A stretch of DNA of 48,732 nt, filler included, from Jimgerdemannia flammicorona (GCA_003990765.1; 2 parts of 2 records of this genome joined end to end with filler, not necessarily neighbours in it); one strand, 5' to 3'; positions 1-11,939 are shown, counted from the whole stretch's first letter. Translations and numbers: made by a program. Notes: generated from the sequence alone by a model not told the origin.

Positions 1-14
1 AAAAAAAAAAAAAA
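1..14 (+). repeat. poly(A) tract, probably the tail of another LINE inserted into the LINE fragment downstream
   Basis: A run directly abuts mid-RT sequence (GGAAGTTGATAACTAAG = (R)KLITK), resembling the tail/TSD junctions at 33121 and 48471. Confidence 0.55.
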
Positions 15-2022
15 GGAAGTTGATAACTAAGATAGTTGTTGTGAGACTACAGAAAGTTGCTCATCAGATACTGAGTAAGGAGCAGTGGGGTTTTGTAGGA
101 GGTAGGCTTATAAGAGATGGTACTACCTGGGTGCATGACATCATTGAGAGAGTCTGGGTTTGTAGATTAGATGGTAGACTAGTTTTTTGGACCAGGAGAA
201 GGCCTACAACTGTATTTGGCAGATATGGCTGGGCAAGGTACTGGACAGAATTGGTGTTCCACTATAGTTTTGGGCCTCTATGTTGAATTTATTGGAGAGT
301 AGCAGAGCAGTGCTGATATATAATAGTCACAGGGGTTTGGTATTTCCATTGGGAAGAGGAGTGCCACAAAGAGACCTGCTGTCTCCTATCCTTTATGCTC
401 TTTTATTGAAACCTTTGATGGATAGGATATGTTGGAGAGTGGCAGGGCTCTCTATATACTATGGTATGGAAGGTAGGGGCCTTTGCAGATGATATAGTGG
501 TTGGACTTGGATTGGTGGCAGATATAGAGGTGCTTAAGGAGACTGTTGAATGGTATGAGGTATACTCTGGGGTGAAACTCAACTGATATAAGTGTGAGAC
601 AATGGTGTTGGAGAATGGGCTGATGGGAGGGGATATCATTAGAACTATTGTCCCCATAGAAGAGGTAGTGTGGTACCTGGGCATCTTCCTTTCTGTATAT
701 GGATCTGTTTTACCATGAGTATGGTGGGAAAGGAGGGTGGCCATTTGGAGGGAGGCTTTTAGAGGTTGGGGGGGTCGCCACATCTCCCTGATGGGGTGGG
801 TGTTGATTCTGAATATATACTGGTTTCCCAAGCTATGGTATGTAGTCAATTACTTAGACTTTCTGGCCTGGGTGGTGAAGAGGCTGATGAAACTGGCTAG
901 GGATTAGATTTGGGCAGAGAGGAGGTCCCAGATCAGTCGGGATACTCTTGTGATGCTGGTGGTTAGGGGAGGACTAGGACTGGTGGATTTCCCTAAATAG
1001 CTACACTGTCTGCAAGCTTGGTGATTGAAAAGGGCAGTTGAACTACAGAGAAGAGACTGGGTACCACTGATGCAGAAGGTGTGGGAGATGAGATTCTTCT
1101 CTTGGAAGTCCTCAGGAGATTTGCTCTCTCTGGTGAATCTAAGTGGAAGCCAATGCCTACAGTATAAGGGCTTCTGGTGGGGGGTGGTGGATGGGGTACA
1201 CTGGATAGGCCTGTACTGGTGAGGTGATGAGGGAGAGGTAGTGTGGGGCCCAGCTATGTGGCAATAGAACTGACTACTTCTGGGGGGAGCTCTGCTTATT
1301 GATTTTGATTTTGGTGATAGTATAGAGTATCAGCAAGAGCTTGGTCAGGATCTTTGACTGAGTAGTTTTGGCAGATAGTGAGGATTGGTAAGGAGTGGAA
1401 TTGGGCAGGAATCTGTTCTTGGAGTACTGAGATGCAGAGGTGGCTTCCTTCCAAGTTCTGGGTAGTATAGTGGTAGATGCTATAGAGAAATATTATGCTG
1501 AATTTCCATGCTAGATATCTAGTGGATGGTGGCTGCCTGGATTGTGAGAAGTGTTACAATGTAGAGCAAGTTGGGGGTTTTGTGCAAATGCCAGAACATT
1601 GGCTGGAAGAGTGTGAGGTTTTGTGGGATTTTTGGGTAACTATAGAGGACTGGCTGGGTGTAAAGAGGAGAGTAGATGGAGAGAGAGGTCACTGGGAGGA
1701 TTTAAAATCTCAATTAGTGGGAGGGGTCAGCAATAGGTAGCTCACTATAGGGTGGGTTATAGCAGTGTAAGTAGGGTTGGCTGGATATTAGCTCTTTGTT
1801 TTTGAGGAAGGGCAATAGATGGATATATAGGAGAAGTTGTTAAGGTGGAAGGAGTTGTTGGGAGATCTGCTGACTGGGTGGTAGATTGGTTAGGGGCCCC
1901 AGAGTGGGCACTGTTGCCATCTGGTGGAAGGGATCTATGAATAGAGTAGTGGGTGAGTGGAGATGATATTAGACAAAGTGGTCTTTCATTGAGAAGGAGT
2001 GGGGGAGGGGGGTGGGGGGGGG
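15..2022 (+). mobile_element. L1/Tx1-type LINE, 3' half of ORF2 (RT plus C-terminal Cys/His motif), degenerate and lacking its 3' tail
   Basis: Motifs GRGVPQRDLLSP, AFADD, YLGI and CLDCEKC..QMPEHWLEEC; colinear with 31030-33020; many stops and frameshifts; ends in a G-rich run. Confidence 0.9.
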
Positions 2023-3765
2023 ATTTTCAATGCCTGTCAGGGAAGCTGAAAGGCCATTGAGGGAAATTGAACGTACGTATTTATGATGGCGATATTTGGG
2101 ATACCCGTTATGCTGTATTGGGCCTGAGACATGGCCTAAGGACCTTTTTATTTTTCTTCTTGTGGTGAGATTTGAAAGTTCCATGAGACATGGAAATGGA
2201 ATAAGGTTTTTGAGATGAATTTGCTTTTGTTGAAAAGATGCTTGATGAGATATTTGAAATATTGGTGGGGGATCGGAATATTGGAAAGGCTTATGCACTC
2301 CTTCAGTGTCCTACTGCGTCTTGCATTCAGCGTCGAAGGTAATTTTGGAAGCTAGTCACCGTAAATAAATAATTCGAAAGGACATGGCGACAACTAGGTT
2401 GTAAACATTTGATAATGTCATTTGCACCTGATATATCAATATGGATCGAGAACACTCATGGGCCAGCAGGTAATGTGATATTTCCAATTTATTGAACCGC
2501 AGCAATGCTCACGTGGTCGTAATACTTCGTTAGCTCGTTAAGAATAGACTTCATTCCCAACAGCCTATCGAGTTTTTCGTCCACCAGGTCGAGCCGGGGT
2601 TCTCTTGTATGATTGGAACGTCATCCCTTCATGCAATTTTTACCCAAAATAAAAAATATATACATATGAATATTTGCAATGTATCGCTCCCCCTTTCTTA
2701 TCTCGCGGAAAATCGATTTGGCGTTCGTCTCGTCGTCATGATCCAGCATCTTTGGATTAGTGACCTTCGTCAACGTGCGGCGTAGGAATGGAGGTTGTGA
2801 ACTATGGAAGGTAACCCCATGTGCGACTAATACCTCCTTATACTGCTTTCTCCCTATTACGACTAAGAGGGTGGGGGACTGTTTGAAGCACTGGTATTAG
2901 AAATTACAAGACAATTTCAAGTATATATATACATCCCATATGACAATCATAGCAACGAATCCCTCGCGATATCGTTCAAACGGCGACGAACGGAGAAAAA
3001 ACGCCACATCTAGCGGCGCTCTCGGCGTCGATCAACCTGGTGGACACGGCTCTCTGGAAAAGACTCTATAATTTACTTTGCGCCCGTTGTTAAGTGGACA
3101 ATTGACCTCGTGAAATCACTTGTCGGCCTCGCCAACAGCTCCGACAAATAACTCCGCTTCTGCCGACGTGCTCAAAAACCATCCGACCGGTCCCGCCCTT
3201 TTAATCGTTTCTCCGCATCACATTATCTGAAATTGACCTTTTAACTGCCTCAATTTTGCCATGCTAATTATTGTGTTGTCATGGCTGGTCATGACCAGTG
3301 AATTGAACGTTTTCCATGTTCTTTAGAACGCCTTAATTACCCCTTCCCAGCACAATTAGAAATCATTGAATTCTGGCGGTGCATTGTTGAGAAACGATGA
3401 AAAACGTCCAACAGGAGTAGGGTTTTATCACATGGCACCAAGCCTTCCACTTCAATAAACTGCTATTTCCTGGCCCGCAGCCACGGCTCGCTGGCCACCT
3501 CGAAACCCAGGCATGTAACATACTACAAATACTGTTAATGCGACGAAAGAGCATCTCCCGGAACGACATATACTATGTGACTCGACAAAAGCAATGCGTC
3601 GATGGCATGTATTAAGGAGTACGACGGACTTCAAAGCTTCCGCTCGAGAATAGAGTGGTCGCGTGAATGCTTTTTAATGGATGAGATCTCAACGTACCCC
3701 TATATTCCTCATATTTCCCAGAGGTTTGAATATACCATCGGAATGACCGACATTGCTTGAGGCCA
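2023..3765. repeat. Decayed copy of the CpG-rich duplicated unit (modules B, C, Zn-gene relic, D)
   Basis: Colinear nucleotide similarity to 22670-23842; sub-blocks also match 4050-4400, 5728-5790, 6445-6640, 7920-8260 and 8355-8490. Confidence 0.8.
2950..3140 (+). pseudogene. Relic of the Zn-cluster gene family (middle portion)
   Basis: CGTTCAAACGGCGACGAACGGAGAAA..CACATCTAGCGGCGCTCTCG and TACTTTGCGCCCG match 6460-6630. Confidence 0.75.
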
Positions 3766-3952
3766 GGTAATATGACTAGTCGAAGTTTTCTGGACCCCAA
3801 AGTTTGCGGGACATGAAATGACCCCAACTTTGCTTTCCAAGTTACCCCACTACCGACATACCAACAACCCCACCGCTACCCAAGGACCGGTACAGGCCGT
3901 CGCCTTTGGTAGCCAATATATTGCCTTCCTTGCCTTTATTAGATACTAATAA

Positions 3953-4504
3953 TTAACATATGGTGGTGACTCGCCATAAGGTAAAGAGAAATAAAATGCA
4001 CCCAAATTTAAACAAAATAAGGGGCTTGTTTTTTTTACGATTCGTATCGTTTGTCGAAGAAGCTGAAAATCCATTGAGGGAGATTGAGCGTACGTTTTGA
4101 CGGTAATGGCATTTGGAATACTCGTTATGCTGTATGTAGGGCACAATAAATTGAGAGCACTGCGCACCGATAGCGAGGGCTGAGGCGAGGGCTGAGACAA
4201 AGATGGACAAGGAGAGGTAATTCGTGAGACATGAGAATAAAATGAGTGTTTGAAAGGAGATGCTGAGGAGATGTATTGAAGGTTGGTGGAGTCGCTCTTC
4301 ATACTTCGGATATTGGGCTGGCTTATGCACTCCTTCGATAAATCCTCTTTCTACTGCGTCGCCAAGGGTCCTACACCTTGCGCCATTTGTCGAGGGCGAG
4401 AAGTGGACAAACGCCAAGGAGAAAGGAAAGGCACGAGGTGTCTGTTTTTCTTTTTTTTTTTTTTTTTTTTTAGAATATTCGATATAGTTATGAACGTAGT
4501 TCAA
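3953..4504 (-). other. Most complete copy of duplicated module B; 183-codon ORF of uncertain coding status
   Basis: Homologous blocks at 2023-2340, 8355-8490 and 22690-22900; no recognised domain; N-terminus runs through a poly(T) tract. Confidence 0.3.
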
Positions 4505-5900
4505 ACTTCAGCAAAGTGGCCGAGCCGCGTACATTCATGCAGTCACACAACTTAGTTTCACCCCTTGCAAGCATCTTAAGATAGCATAAGGCCAGTTTTC
4601 GCCCCGCTTCAATTTAAATGTTAGCACCAGTTTCAGTACCTGTTTCGTTTCGCACCAGTTTAAACGTTAAGCGCCAGTTTTTAGTTTAGTACCTGTTTCG
4701 GTGTAGTACCCTATATACGTCGTTTGCCCCGCTGTACCTATCTCCAAGGGTGCTTCGCCAGTTAAGGTGTTAGCAATTGTAATCCTTTTACGCATCCCTC
4801 CCGCCCATTCCCCTGTCAATACATATATGGTTGGCCTCTTCGCGCTGAAGCACGGATGGCGGGCCTTGGAAGCGTTTTTACGCTTCATATAAGCCAAACC
4901 CATGTTGCGCCGTGTTTTTTTTTTTTCGTCCTCTTCTTTTCCTTTTCCCTTTGATCATGTTGGGGTTTCTTTCTCGGTTATTCGGACAATTGCGCACAAG
5001 GACACTTTGCAGTGCAACTGTGCGGGTTACCATCCTGAATCCGTCATTTTGCATATGATAATCAAATGACAGTGCCACCTAATACACCTACCCCTACGAG
5101 TATTGAATCCTTGACGGCCCTCCCACCAATGGCCATTGCGCGTGATGGTCAGCGGCTGCAGCAGAGGTTGCATTATTATTATGGCAATAATAATATAAAC
5201 GATCGGCAGTTCCTATAGCCGTAGCAGCCTTTTCTGGGTGGCACACGTGATATTTCTCGGTCCGAACCGGTGCCGGTCCAGTCCTCGACCGACTACCCAT
5301 TAAGCCTAGTACAAGGAACATATCAAAAGAGTTATATGCTGACTAAAGATCGGTTCTAAAGTCTTACGAAATAATGTATAGTGTGGTAATTGCTTCCAAA
5401 AAAATTGGAGGGCTGAAACGCCAAGAGCACGCACTGAATGCATGAGAGCTACCTTCCAATCAAAACACGCCTTAATGTCAATGAGCGGTAAAGCATGTTT
5501 TTGAAAAATTGCGCCTCATATATTGAAAGCGAGCTGCATTGTGGAGTTTTTGTTTGTTTGCATATCTACGTGTCTGCATTTGCTTTGCTTGCGACAGTGA
5601 TCCAAGAAGTCAGACCTCCGCTCCACATATCATGTTACACCCTCCGACTCCACCCGACTTACGGTGGCATACATTTGCTGATAATCTAATGGTTCGATTT
5701 TCACCGATGGTGTGCGGCACAGGAATGGCTGTGAACTATGGAACATAACCCATACAAAACACATCCTAATACCACCTTTTCTCTATAAAATCACAACAAC
5801 GTAAGGATATAACATATAGGGACCTAACGGAAACGGGTTCCGACGCATGTAGGTTTTTTTTTGTTTCCAAAGAATGCTGTCGAAAATTCCAAGCCATAAG

Positions 5901-5908
5901 TATATAAG
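5901..5908 (+). promoter_or_regulatory. Putative TATA box of the Zn-cluster gene
   Basis: TATATAAG about 95 bp upstream of ATG 5996; equivalent TATAAAAG at ~20692 upstream of the paralog. Confidence 0.5.
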
Positions 5909-5995
5909 CACTCTTTTCCTTGGAACGGTTTTCGGTCCTTTTCAACTGCACCTTCACTACCCACGAGTTCAAACACCAATACCGGCTCTGACCAC

Positions 5996-7360
5996 ATGCC
6001 ACCCCAAACCACGAGCTCAAGGCCAATATCGGCTCCCGACCACGTGGACCAACTCACCTCAATATCGATACCGCCTCTCGATCACATTCCAGACCAAGTC
6101 ATTCCAACCGTCCAGCACAAGGCATGTATGTCATGCCGCCAGAAAAAGAAAGGCTGCCCCCATGTCAATGAGAACGTCCGTAAGAGGAATGTGCCTGGCA
6201 TTGTGTGTGTCCGCTGCAAGAATCTCAAGAAAACGTGCATGGGTGTTCCATGCCGCCGTTGCCGAGACGCTGGAGAATCCTGCCAACCCCAGCCGGATAG
6301 GGGGTTAACGAAAAAGGCCCAGCTAGTTGGTCAACGGTCTCGCTCCCGTTCCGAGAACCTAGAGATAATTGTGGCTCGACAACCTTTGCCGCAACGGGCA
6401 TCACAAACCACGGCCGGCCCGTCCCGTATGGCATTTACAGAAACGATTCCCGTCGATACCGTTCAAACGGTGATGAACGGAGAAACGGCGCCACATCAAA
6501 TGCCGACACATCTAGCGGCGCTCTCGCCATCTACTCAACTGATTATCTACAACGCGGCCCACGCAACATCCATACTATGTGCAAAATGTAAAGCTCCCCG
6601 GCAAACATCCCATAGTCTACTTTGTGCCCGCTGTCAAGGCGACAGTTTTTCCCTCCGCGCCGCCCTTGGCAACCAACTCGCGGTCTCACCGACCGCTCGC
6701 TCCGCCGCCGAGGTAACCTCGCTCGAGACAACACAGCGCCAAGCCTTCTGCTCGAAGATTAGATTTACCCTTCAGTCTATTTCAAGCGTCGTCTTAGCCA
6801 TATGTGCAGAACGATCACTGCCAAGGATTGTCAATGACATCGTTGAAGACCTAACCCAAGGATCATTCGCGGCAGCATTTTCGCCTCATGTGATACAATG
6901 TAAATGGTTACAACCGAAGCTGGATGACCGCTTTGTCATTGCCGCCTCGGACGATGCAGCCCGTGAGGTTCTCGATATAGTCTGTCGGTTAGGAACCTTT
7001 CTCGAAAGAGCTCGTGTTTTACGAAGTCACCCGACCATTGAAGACGATGTAAAGGCCTTTCTAGGGATTTTGAAAGAGATCCAAGATGCATTTCAGATCA
7101 AGGTGTGTAGTAGATGCTCACAAGCGCTCTCTGAATTCTTTGAATTTGATTGGGAGCCACTGAGAGTTTGTAAGGATACCATCAAGGGGTTTATGATATG
7201 GCGTACTTTAGTTTGGTATGACTGTATATGTCTATATGAGCTCTGTATCGGAACCCATCATGCTGATCTTACCAATTTTTCGGTGAAAGTGACCGATATT
7301 GCGGATATGATTTTCTTTGGTTATCATATATATGATCCTCATAAGCATTCTATAGACTAA
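5996..7360 (+). CDS. Intronless 454-aa protein with an N-terminal Zn(II)2Cys6-like cluster (three CX2CX6C half-sites), a second CX2C..CX2C motif and an unrecognised C-terminal domain
   Basis: Uninterrupted ORF; KACMSCRQKKKGC-x16-CVRCKNLKKTC-x4-CRRCRDAGESC; CAKC..CARC; reading frame and cysteines conserved in paralogs. Confidence 0.85.
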   Translation: MPPQTTSSRPISAPDHVDQLTSISIPPLDHIPDQVIPTVQHKACMSCRQKKKGCPHVNENVRKRNVPGIVCVRCKNLKKTCMGVPCRRCRDAGESCQPQPDRGLTKKAQLVGQRSRSRSENLEIIVARQPLPQRASQTTAGPSRMAFTETIPVDTVQTVMNGETAPHQMPTHLAALSPSTQLIIYNAAHATSILCAKCKAPRQTSHSLLCARCQGDSFSLRAALGNQLAVSPTARSAAEVTSLETTQRQAFCSKIRFTLQSISSVVLAICAERSLPRIVNDIVEDLTQGSFAAAFSPHVIQCKWLQPKLDDRFVIAASDDAAREVLDIVCRLGTFLERARVLRSHPTIEDDVKAFLGILKEIQDAFQIKVCSRCSQALSEFFEFDWEPLRVCKDTIKGFMIWRTLVWYDCICLYELCIGTHHADLTNFSVKVTDIADMIFFGYHIYDPHKHSID

Positions 7361-7599
7361 GCATTACAAATTTCCTCATAAATATTTTAAAGAATCTACT
7401 GGAATTAAATTATTTTTTGTAAATCGCCGTAAATCGTGGCTTTGGGCCCAGTTAGCCATTTTGGGCGCGGACCGATTAACTTTCTTTTTCCGACGTTGAT
7501 CCGGCGTCGTGTGAGGATTGTCCGTCATTCGATATATTATATGAGGCGAACTGGTGATAACGATGCACAGAGGCAGGGAGTGCTGTCGCGTTAATCGCT

Positions 7600-8490
7600 G
7601 AGCGCGGTTAGAAATTTTCCAAACATCGCTTCGAATTAGGCATAACCCTGACGCCCAAGTAATCTGATACGAACCCTCCTAGTATATATATACGCTCTCC
7701 CTGTCCCAAATCCCCGTAAATAAACCGCGGCATGGAATACCTCCTAGACGTCGTCAACGGGGCCCATGACGGCATACCAAAATTCATCCGTTGCCCTACA
7801 TGCGAAGCGTCCAACTGGACGACAAGGTGCACCAGTCTACCTCAACTCGGATACTCCCGTCAATCTCCCAACAAATAACAGCGAACCCCATGGAGGTCAT
7901 TCTCATCTCCCGCCATTTGTTTCGGACGCTGCGATCGACTGTCATTTCCTGACCCGCATCCACGGCTCGCTGGCCGCCTCGAATCCTAAGCATGTGCCAC
8001 ACTGCAGATGCACACATCTTACCATTAATGCGACGAAACAAGCGTTTCCCAGAACGGTATAGGCAGATTTCAATGTCAGAAAAAGCAATGCGTCGATAGC
8101 AATCCGTGCCGTCGTTGTCGCAAGCATACCATCCTGTGTTTCAACTCCAATACCTACCGTGCCACCATCAAATCTCAATGTGAACTCTTCGCTTCACGGC
8201 GTTAATCGCTATGCGATATGTATTCAAGAGTACGGCGGTTTCCAAAAGCTACACCTTCTCCGAGTTTCTGAATTAACTGTAACTTTGCAGGATTGGAATT
8301 TCCTATATCTAAATTTAAACAAAATAAAGTCTATTTTTTTTTTTTTTTTTGCCGAATTTCAATGCCTGTCGAGGAAGCTGAAGGAATTTGAGCGTACGTA
8401 TTAATGATAGCAGTATTTGGGATACCAGTTATGTTGTATGTAGGACACAACAAATTGCCATTGGAATCGAGACATGGCCTATGGGCTTCT
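7600..8490. repeat. Duplicated modules D and B downstream of the Zn-cluster gene
   Basis: CACGGCTCGCTGGCCGCCTCGAA..TTAATGCGACGAAA shared with 3460-3650 and 23470-23670; 8355-8490 matches 2023-2140. Confidence 0.75.
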
Positions 8491-8598
8491 ACTTACATTG
8501 CTTACAAACTGGTAGGTCATGTAATACTCGCATAGTAACCAGCAACCATTACTGCAGAAAATGTATAAATAACCCAGATAGCTAAAAAAAAGAAAAAA

Positions 8599-8698
8599 CC
8601 CTGACAGTGGCTGTCACCCTGACAGTGGCTGTCACCCTGACAGTGGCTATACCCTGACAGTGGCTGTCACCCTGACAGTGAATGTCACCCTATAAATA
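8599..8698 (+). promoter_or_regulatory. Five 17-18-bp palindromic tandem repeats (CCCTGACAGTGGCTGTCA) followed by TATAAATA in U3
   Basis: Read directly; four decayed units plus the TATA motif at 17823-17905 in the 3' LTR. Confidence 0.7.
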
Positions 8699-9044
8699 AC
8701 ATTCTAGTTAACCAGATAGCAACCAAGATAGCAACCACAATGTATAAATTACCCCAGAGACAAGAGTGAATAAACCTCAGTTCCAAAATACAAAGCAAAA
8801 GACAAGTCTGCTTACTACACTTTGAGAGATATACCTGCCAAAAGCCACTTGATCCTAAAGAAATTGGATTGCAATACTTAGGAAAAATGCCTGCTCTATA
8901 GCCACTACTAGGAGATTGTGAGCTTTGCCCCTTTCCCACTTCAGTCCACTTTCCATTACAAAGAACAAGTCTGTTTTGGTTTGCTTATCAGATAAGCCTG
9001 AAGATTTGCTGCCCAAGTTCAAGGAAGAACTTCGCCACTGTTTC

Positions 9045-9420
9045 CCAGTAGAAGCCTATCAATTCAGGAAGAATTCATACCATCTAAATAGTATTTCCAG
9101 TTGAAGCTACTGATTCAGAAAGAATCTATGATATCTAAGTTATCTGTGCCATCTGAGTTATTTTCCAGAAGCCCACCAATTCAGGAAGAATCTGTGCTAT
9201 CTGAGTAGTATTCCCAGTTGAAGCCACTGATTCAGAAAGAATCCATAACATCTAAGTTATCCATGCTATGTATCTGAGTTATTTCCCAGAAGCTCGCTGA
9301 TTCAGGAAAATCCATATCATCTACTGTTTCCAAGTTATCTGTATTTCCAGAAGAGCTCAATTCGTGACATCTAAGTTATTTGTTTGTTTCCAGTGAGCCA
9401 AATTGAGTTATCTACCAGAA
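9045..9420 (+). repeat. Imperfect ~50-65-bp tandem repeats inside the LTR
   Basis: Recurring CCAG(TT)GAAGC..ATTCAGGAAGAATC..CATCT(G/A)AGTTAT; expanded at 18250-18690. Confidence 0.8.
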
Positions 9421-9887
9421 ATTACATACTTTTGGAGATTGCCTTGCTACACAAATTGTGGCATTCCTAGTTGATCTGAATAAGAAACCCAGTCACACTA
9501 TACAAGATTGTCATGCAGAAATCACATAAGGAGAACTGCTAAATTGCCAGACTATTATGCCCAGAAGATCATCATACTATACAAGATTATCACCTAGAAA
9601 TTGCATACTTTTGGAGATCATTATGCTACATATGAAATCCTACCAATTCCTGGTTAACCCAAGAAGGAAACTTGTTCACACAAATCGCTGCTACATCCAG
9701 AGAACAGTCCCAATAAGGAAACCACTTACAGATATCTAGCTTTTGACTATTATATCACTAAACACCAAGGACCTCAGGAATCTTAGAACATTTTGTTGCT
9801 TTTTGACAAAGTAACTGGGGGCTCAAGCCAAACTACATTAATCCCCAACCTTGTAATTTGCCTCCATTGAGCCAGGCATGTTATATT

Positions 9888-9905
9888 TGGAGGCTCAACT
9901 GGGAA
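9888..9905 (+). other. Primer-binding site of element 1, tRNA-Pro-like
   Basis: TGGAGGCTCAACTGGGAA 2 nt after the LTR end; resembles the tRNA-Pro PBS TGGGGGCTCGTCCGGGA. Confidence 0.55.
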
Positions 9906-10437
9906 GATTTTAAAATTGATATAACTTTTCAGCTTACAAGAACCCACAGTCAAACTGGATACATTTGATACAACACCAATCTCTGCTACTATAGGAGAAC
10001 CAGTTATTACCAGCATTTGGACAGGAAGAGAAATAATCATATCAAGACTTGCCAATTATTCAGTATCAGAAGGTTCCTAACCAGAAGATAGTATAGCCCA
10101 AAATCCCCAACCAGATCAACCAGATAATATAGGTAGCTCTATTAGAAATTTCGAAGAACTTGCACAAGAATTAGAAGATCTTATCACATAAACCCGAGAC
10201 CTTACAGCCAGACACCCCACACCAGTCCCACCAATCTCACCAATAGAACCTTTACCACAACCTCTTGCAGAGTTAGAAGTAGCTCCTATAAGAATACCTA
10301 GGCTTATTCCACTTCATCCAAGGTCCCAAACACTATCCTCAAGATACTCAAGCACCCTCACCTCCAGTAACAGTTCAGAAAGTAAATCAGAATCAGAATC
10401 TGAACTTGAACCAGAATCAGAAGAAAGTGATAACAAA

Positions 10438-11400
10438 ATGGCCACCTTATTGCCAACCTTTACAAGATATCTAGAGGAAGACCCCAGAGAATTCCTTGAT
10501 GGAATTGAAGGAATTGCAGCCTTGAGGAATCTCTCAGATAAAAGAAAGATTGCCATCTACAAAGCTCAGCTCAGAGAACCAGCTAGAGGAATTTTCCATC
10601 AAACAGCAAACAACCCAGATTCAGAACTAGCAAGACAGATATAAGCAGCAATGTCTTATAAGCTAGAATATGAGACCATGGTCCACTGGCTCATTGAAAA
10701 GTATACAGGAAATGAAACCCACTATAAGGCCCAAGAATCCATCATAGGGATGAAGATGAATCTTGAAGAATTATCTAGAGCCTTCTTTACAAGAATCCAG
10801 AAGAGAATGTATACTGCTGGGTTCAATGCCACTAACCAGGACATCATAGGTCTAATGACCTTCATGAATGGAATTCCCCTGAACATTACCCAGCATATCT
10901 GCACCCTAGGTATCATAAGGTTGGAAGAACAAGTAGATACAGCCCAAGGATTCTTCGATGTTAGATAAGGAACTACCTGAAGTGATCATGATAAGAAAGA
11001 AGATAAAGAAGATATCCTGGTCAAAGCCCTACAAGAACTCCTTCAAGGACAAGAAAGATCTAAAGAAAGAAGACCAGCCAAAGAAAGAAGGAAGGACAGA
11101 AGTAAAATCCAAGACCTCAGCTCCAAGTTAGACTGATTGGTTAGACAGATTGAAAAACTCACCACATGTGAAAATTGGGGCTACCAAGACAACAGAGGAC
11201 ACCCACCACAGAGGAACCAAGGTTATCCACCAAGAGATAATAGGAATTACCAGCAGGAAGAAAGAAGGTACTCTGTCTAAGACAGAGCCCAAGTCTAATG
11301 CTTCCACTGTAGACAATTAAGACACTATGCTACTGAATGTGATAATAAAAGAAGTGATTGAAGGGACTCAGAACCACTAAACTGAAGGAATGACACTCAG
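10438..11400 (+). pseudogene. gag: gag of element 1 with CCHC zinc knuckle
   Basis: MATLLPTF..EDPREFL; CFHCRQL.HYATEC at ~11299-11340; in-frame stops. Confidence 0.8.
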
Positions 11401-11939
11401 TACAAGAGGACTGAAGCTCATCCTGTTGAAGATTTTGAGGAAGCCAGCAATAGTGAAGACTACAGTGACCTAGACTTATACCCTACCAAAGTTACCACCC
11501 GAAAAACAGTCTACCCAGCAGAGAAGAGGAAGAGATCTGTAGGAAGGCCCTCCAGGAACATCAGCAGAAGAATTATCCAAGAGGAGGATGAAGAACATGA
11601 AGAGGAGCAGGTAGAAATACCTCCCCAAACCCCCTCCCCTTTTATTTCTGAGACAAATGAGTTGCCACCAGAAGATGAAGAAATGGAACAAAAAGAATGG
11701 GAACCTGCTGCTCTAAAGCCCAAGAAGAAGTATACCCCAAAGACCATGTCTAGAGACATTTATAACAAAGCCTGGTAGAAGATTCAAGAGATCAAAATAG
11801 AAATCCCTCTCTTATAGTTCCTGCAACTGACACCAGCTGGAGTCTGAAACAAATTGCTGAGAACCACCAGGTCTAGCACTGGCCAAGTTTCCATCCCACA
11901 GCAAGAACTAGCTTCCATTTCTATTCAGGCTGCAGAAAG

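Larger units (their letters stand above)
8520..9885 (+). repeat. 5' LTR of Gypsy element 1 (5' edge diverged or truncated)
   Basis: Matches 17750-19155; ends GCATGTTATA versus GCACGTTACA. Confidence 0.9.

Noticed and set aside
1999..2022. G-rich run as a functional G-quadruplex
   Set aside because: Lies at the truncated end of a G-rich LINE; no evidence beyond composition
5874..6308. 144-aa overlapping ORF or upstream extension of the Zn-cluster gene
   Set aside because: Spans the TATA-like box, and its frame relation to the main ORF differs between paralogs
7608..7832. MPSWAP as a HET-domain-associated PSW motif
   Set aside because: A single short match with no supporting HET motifs
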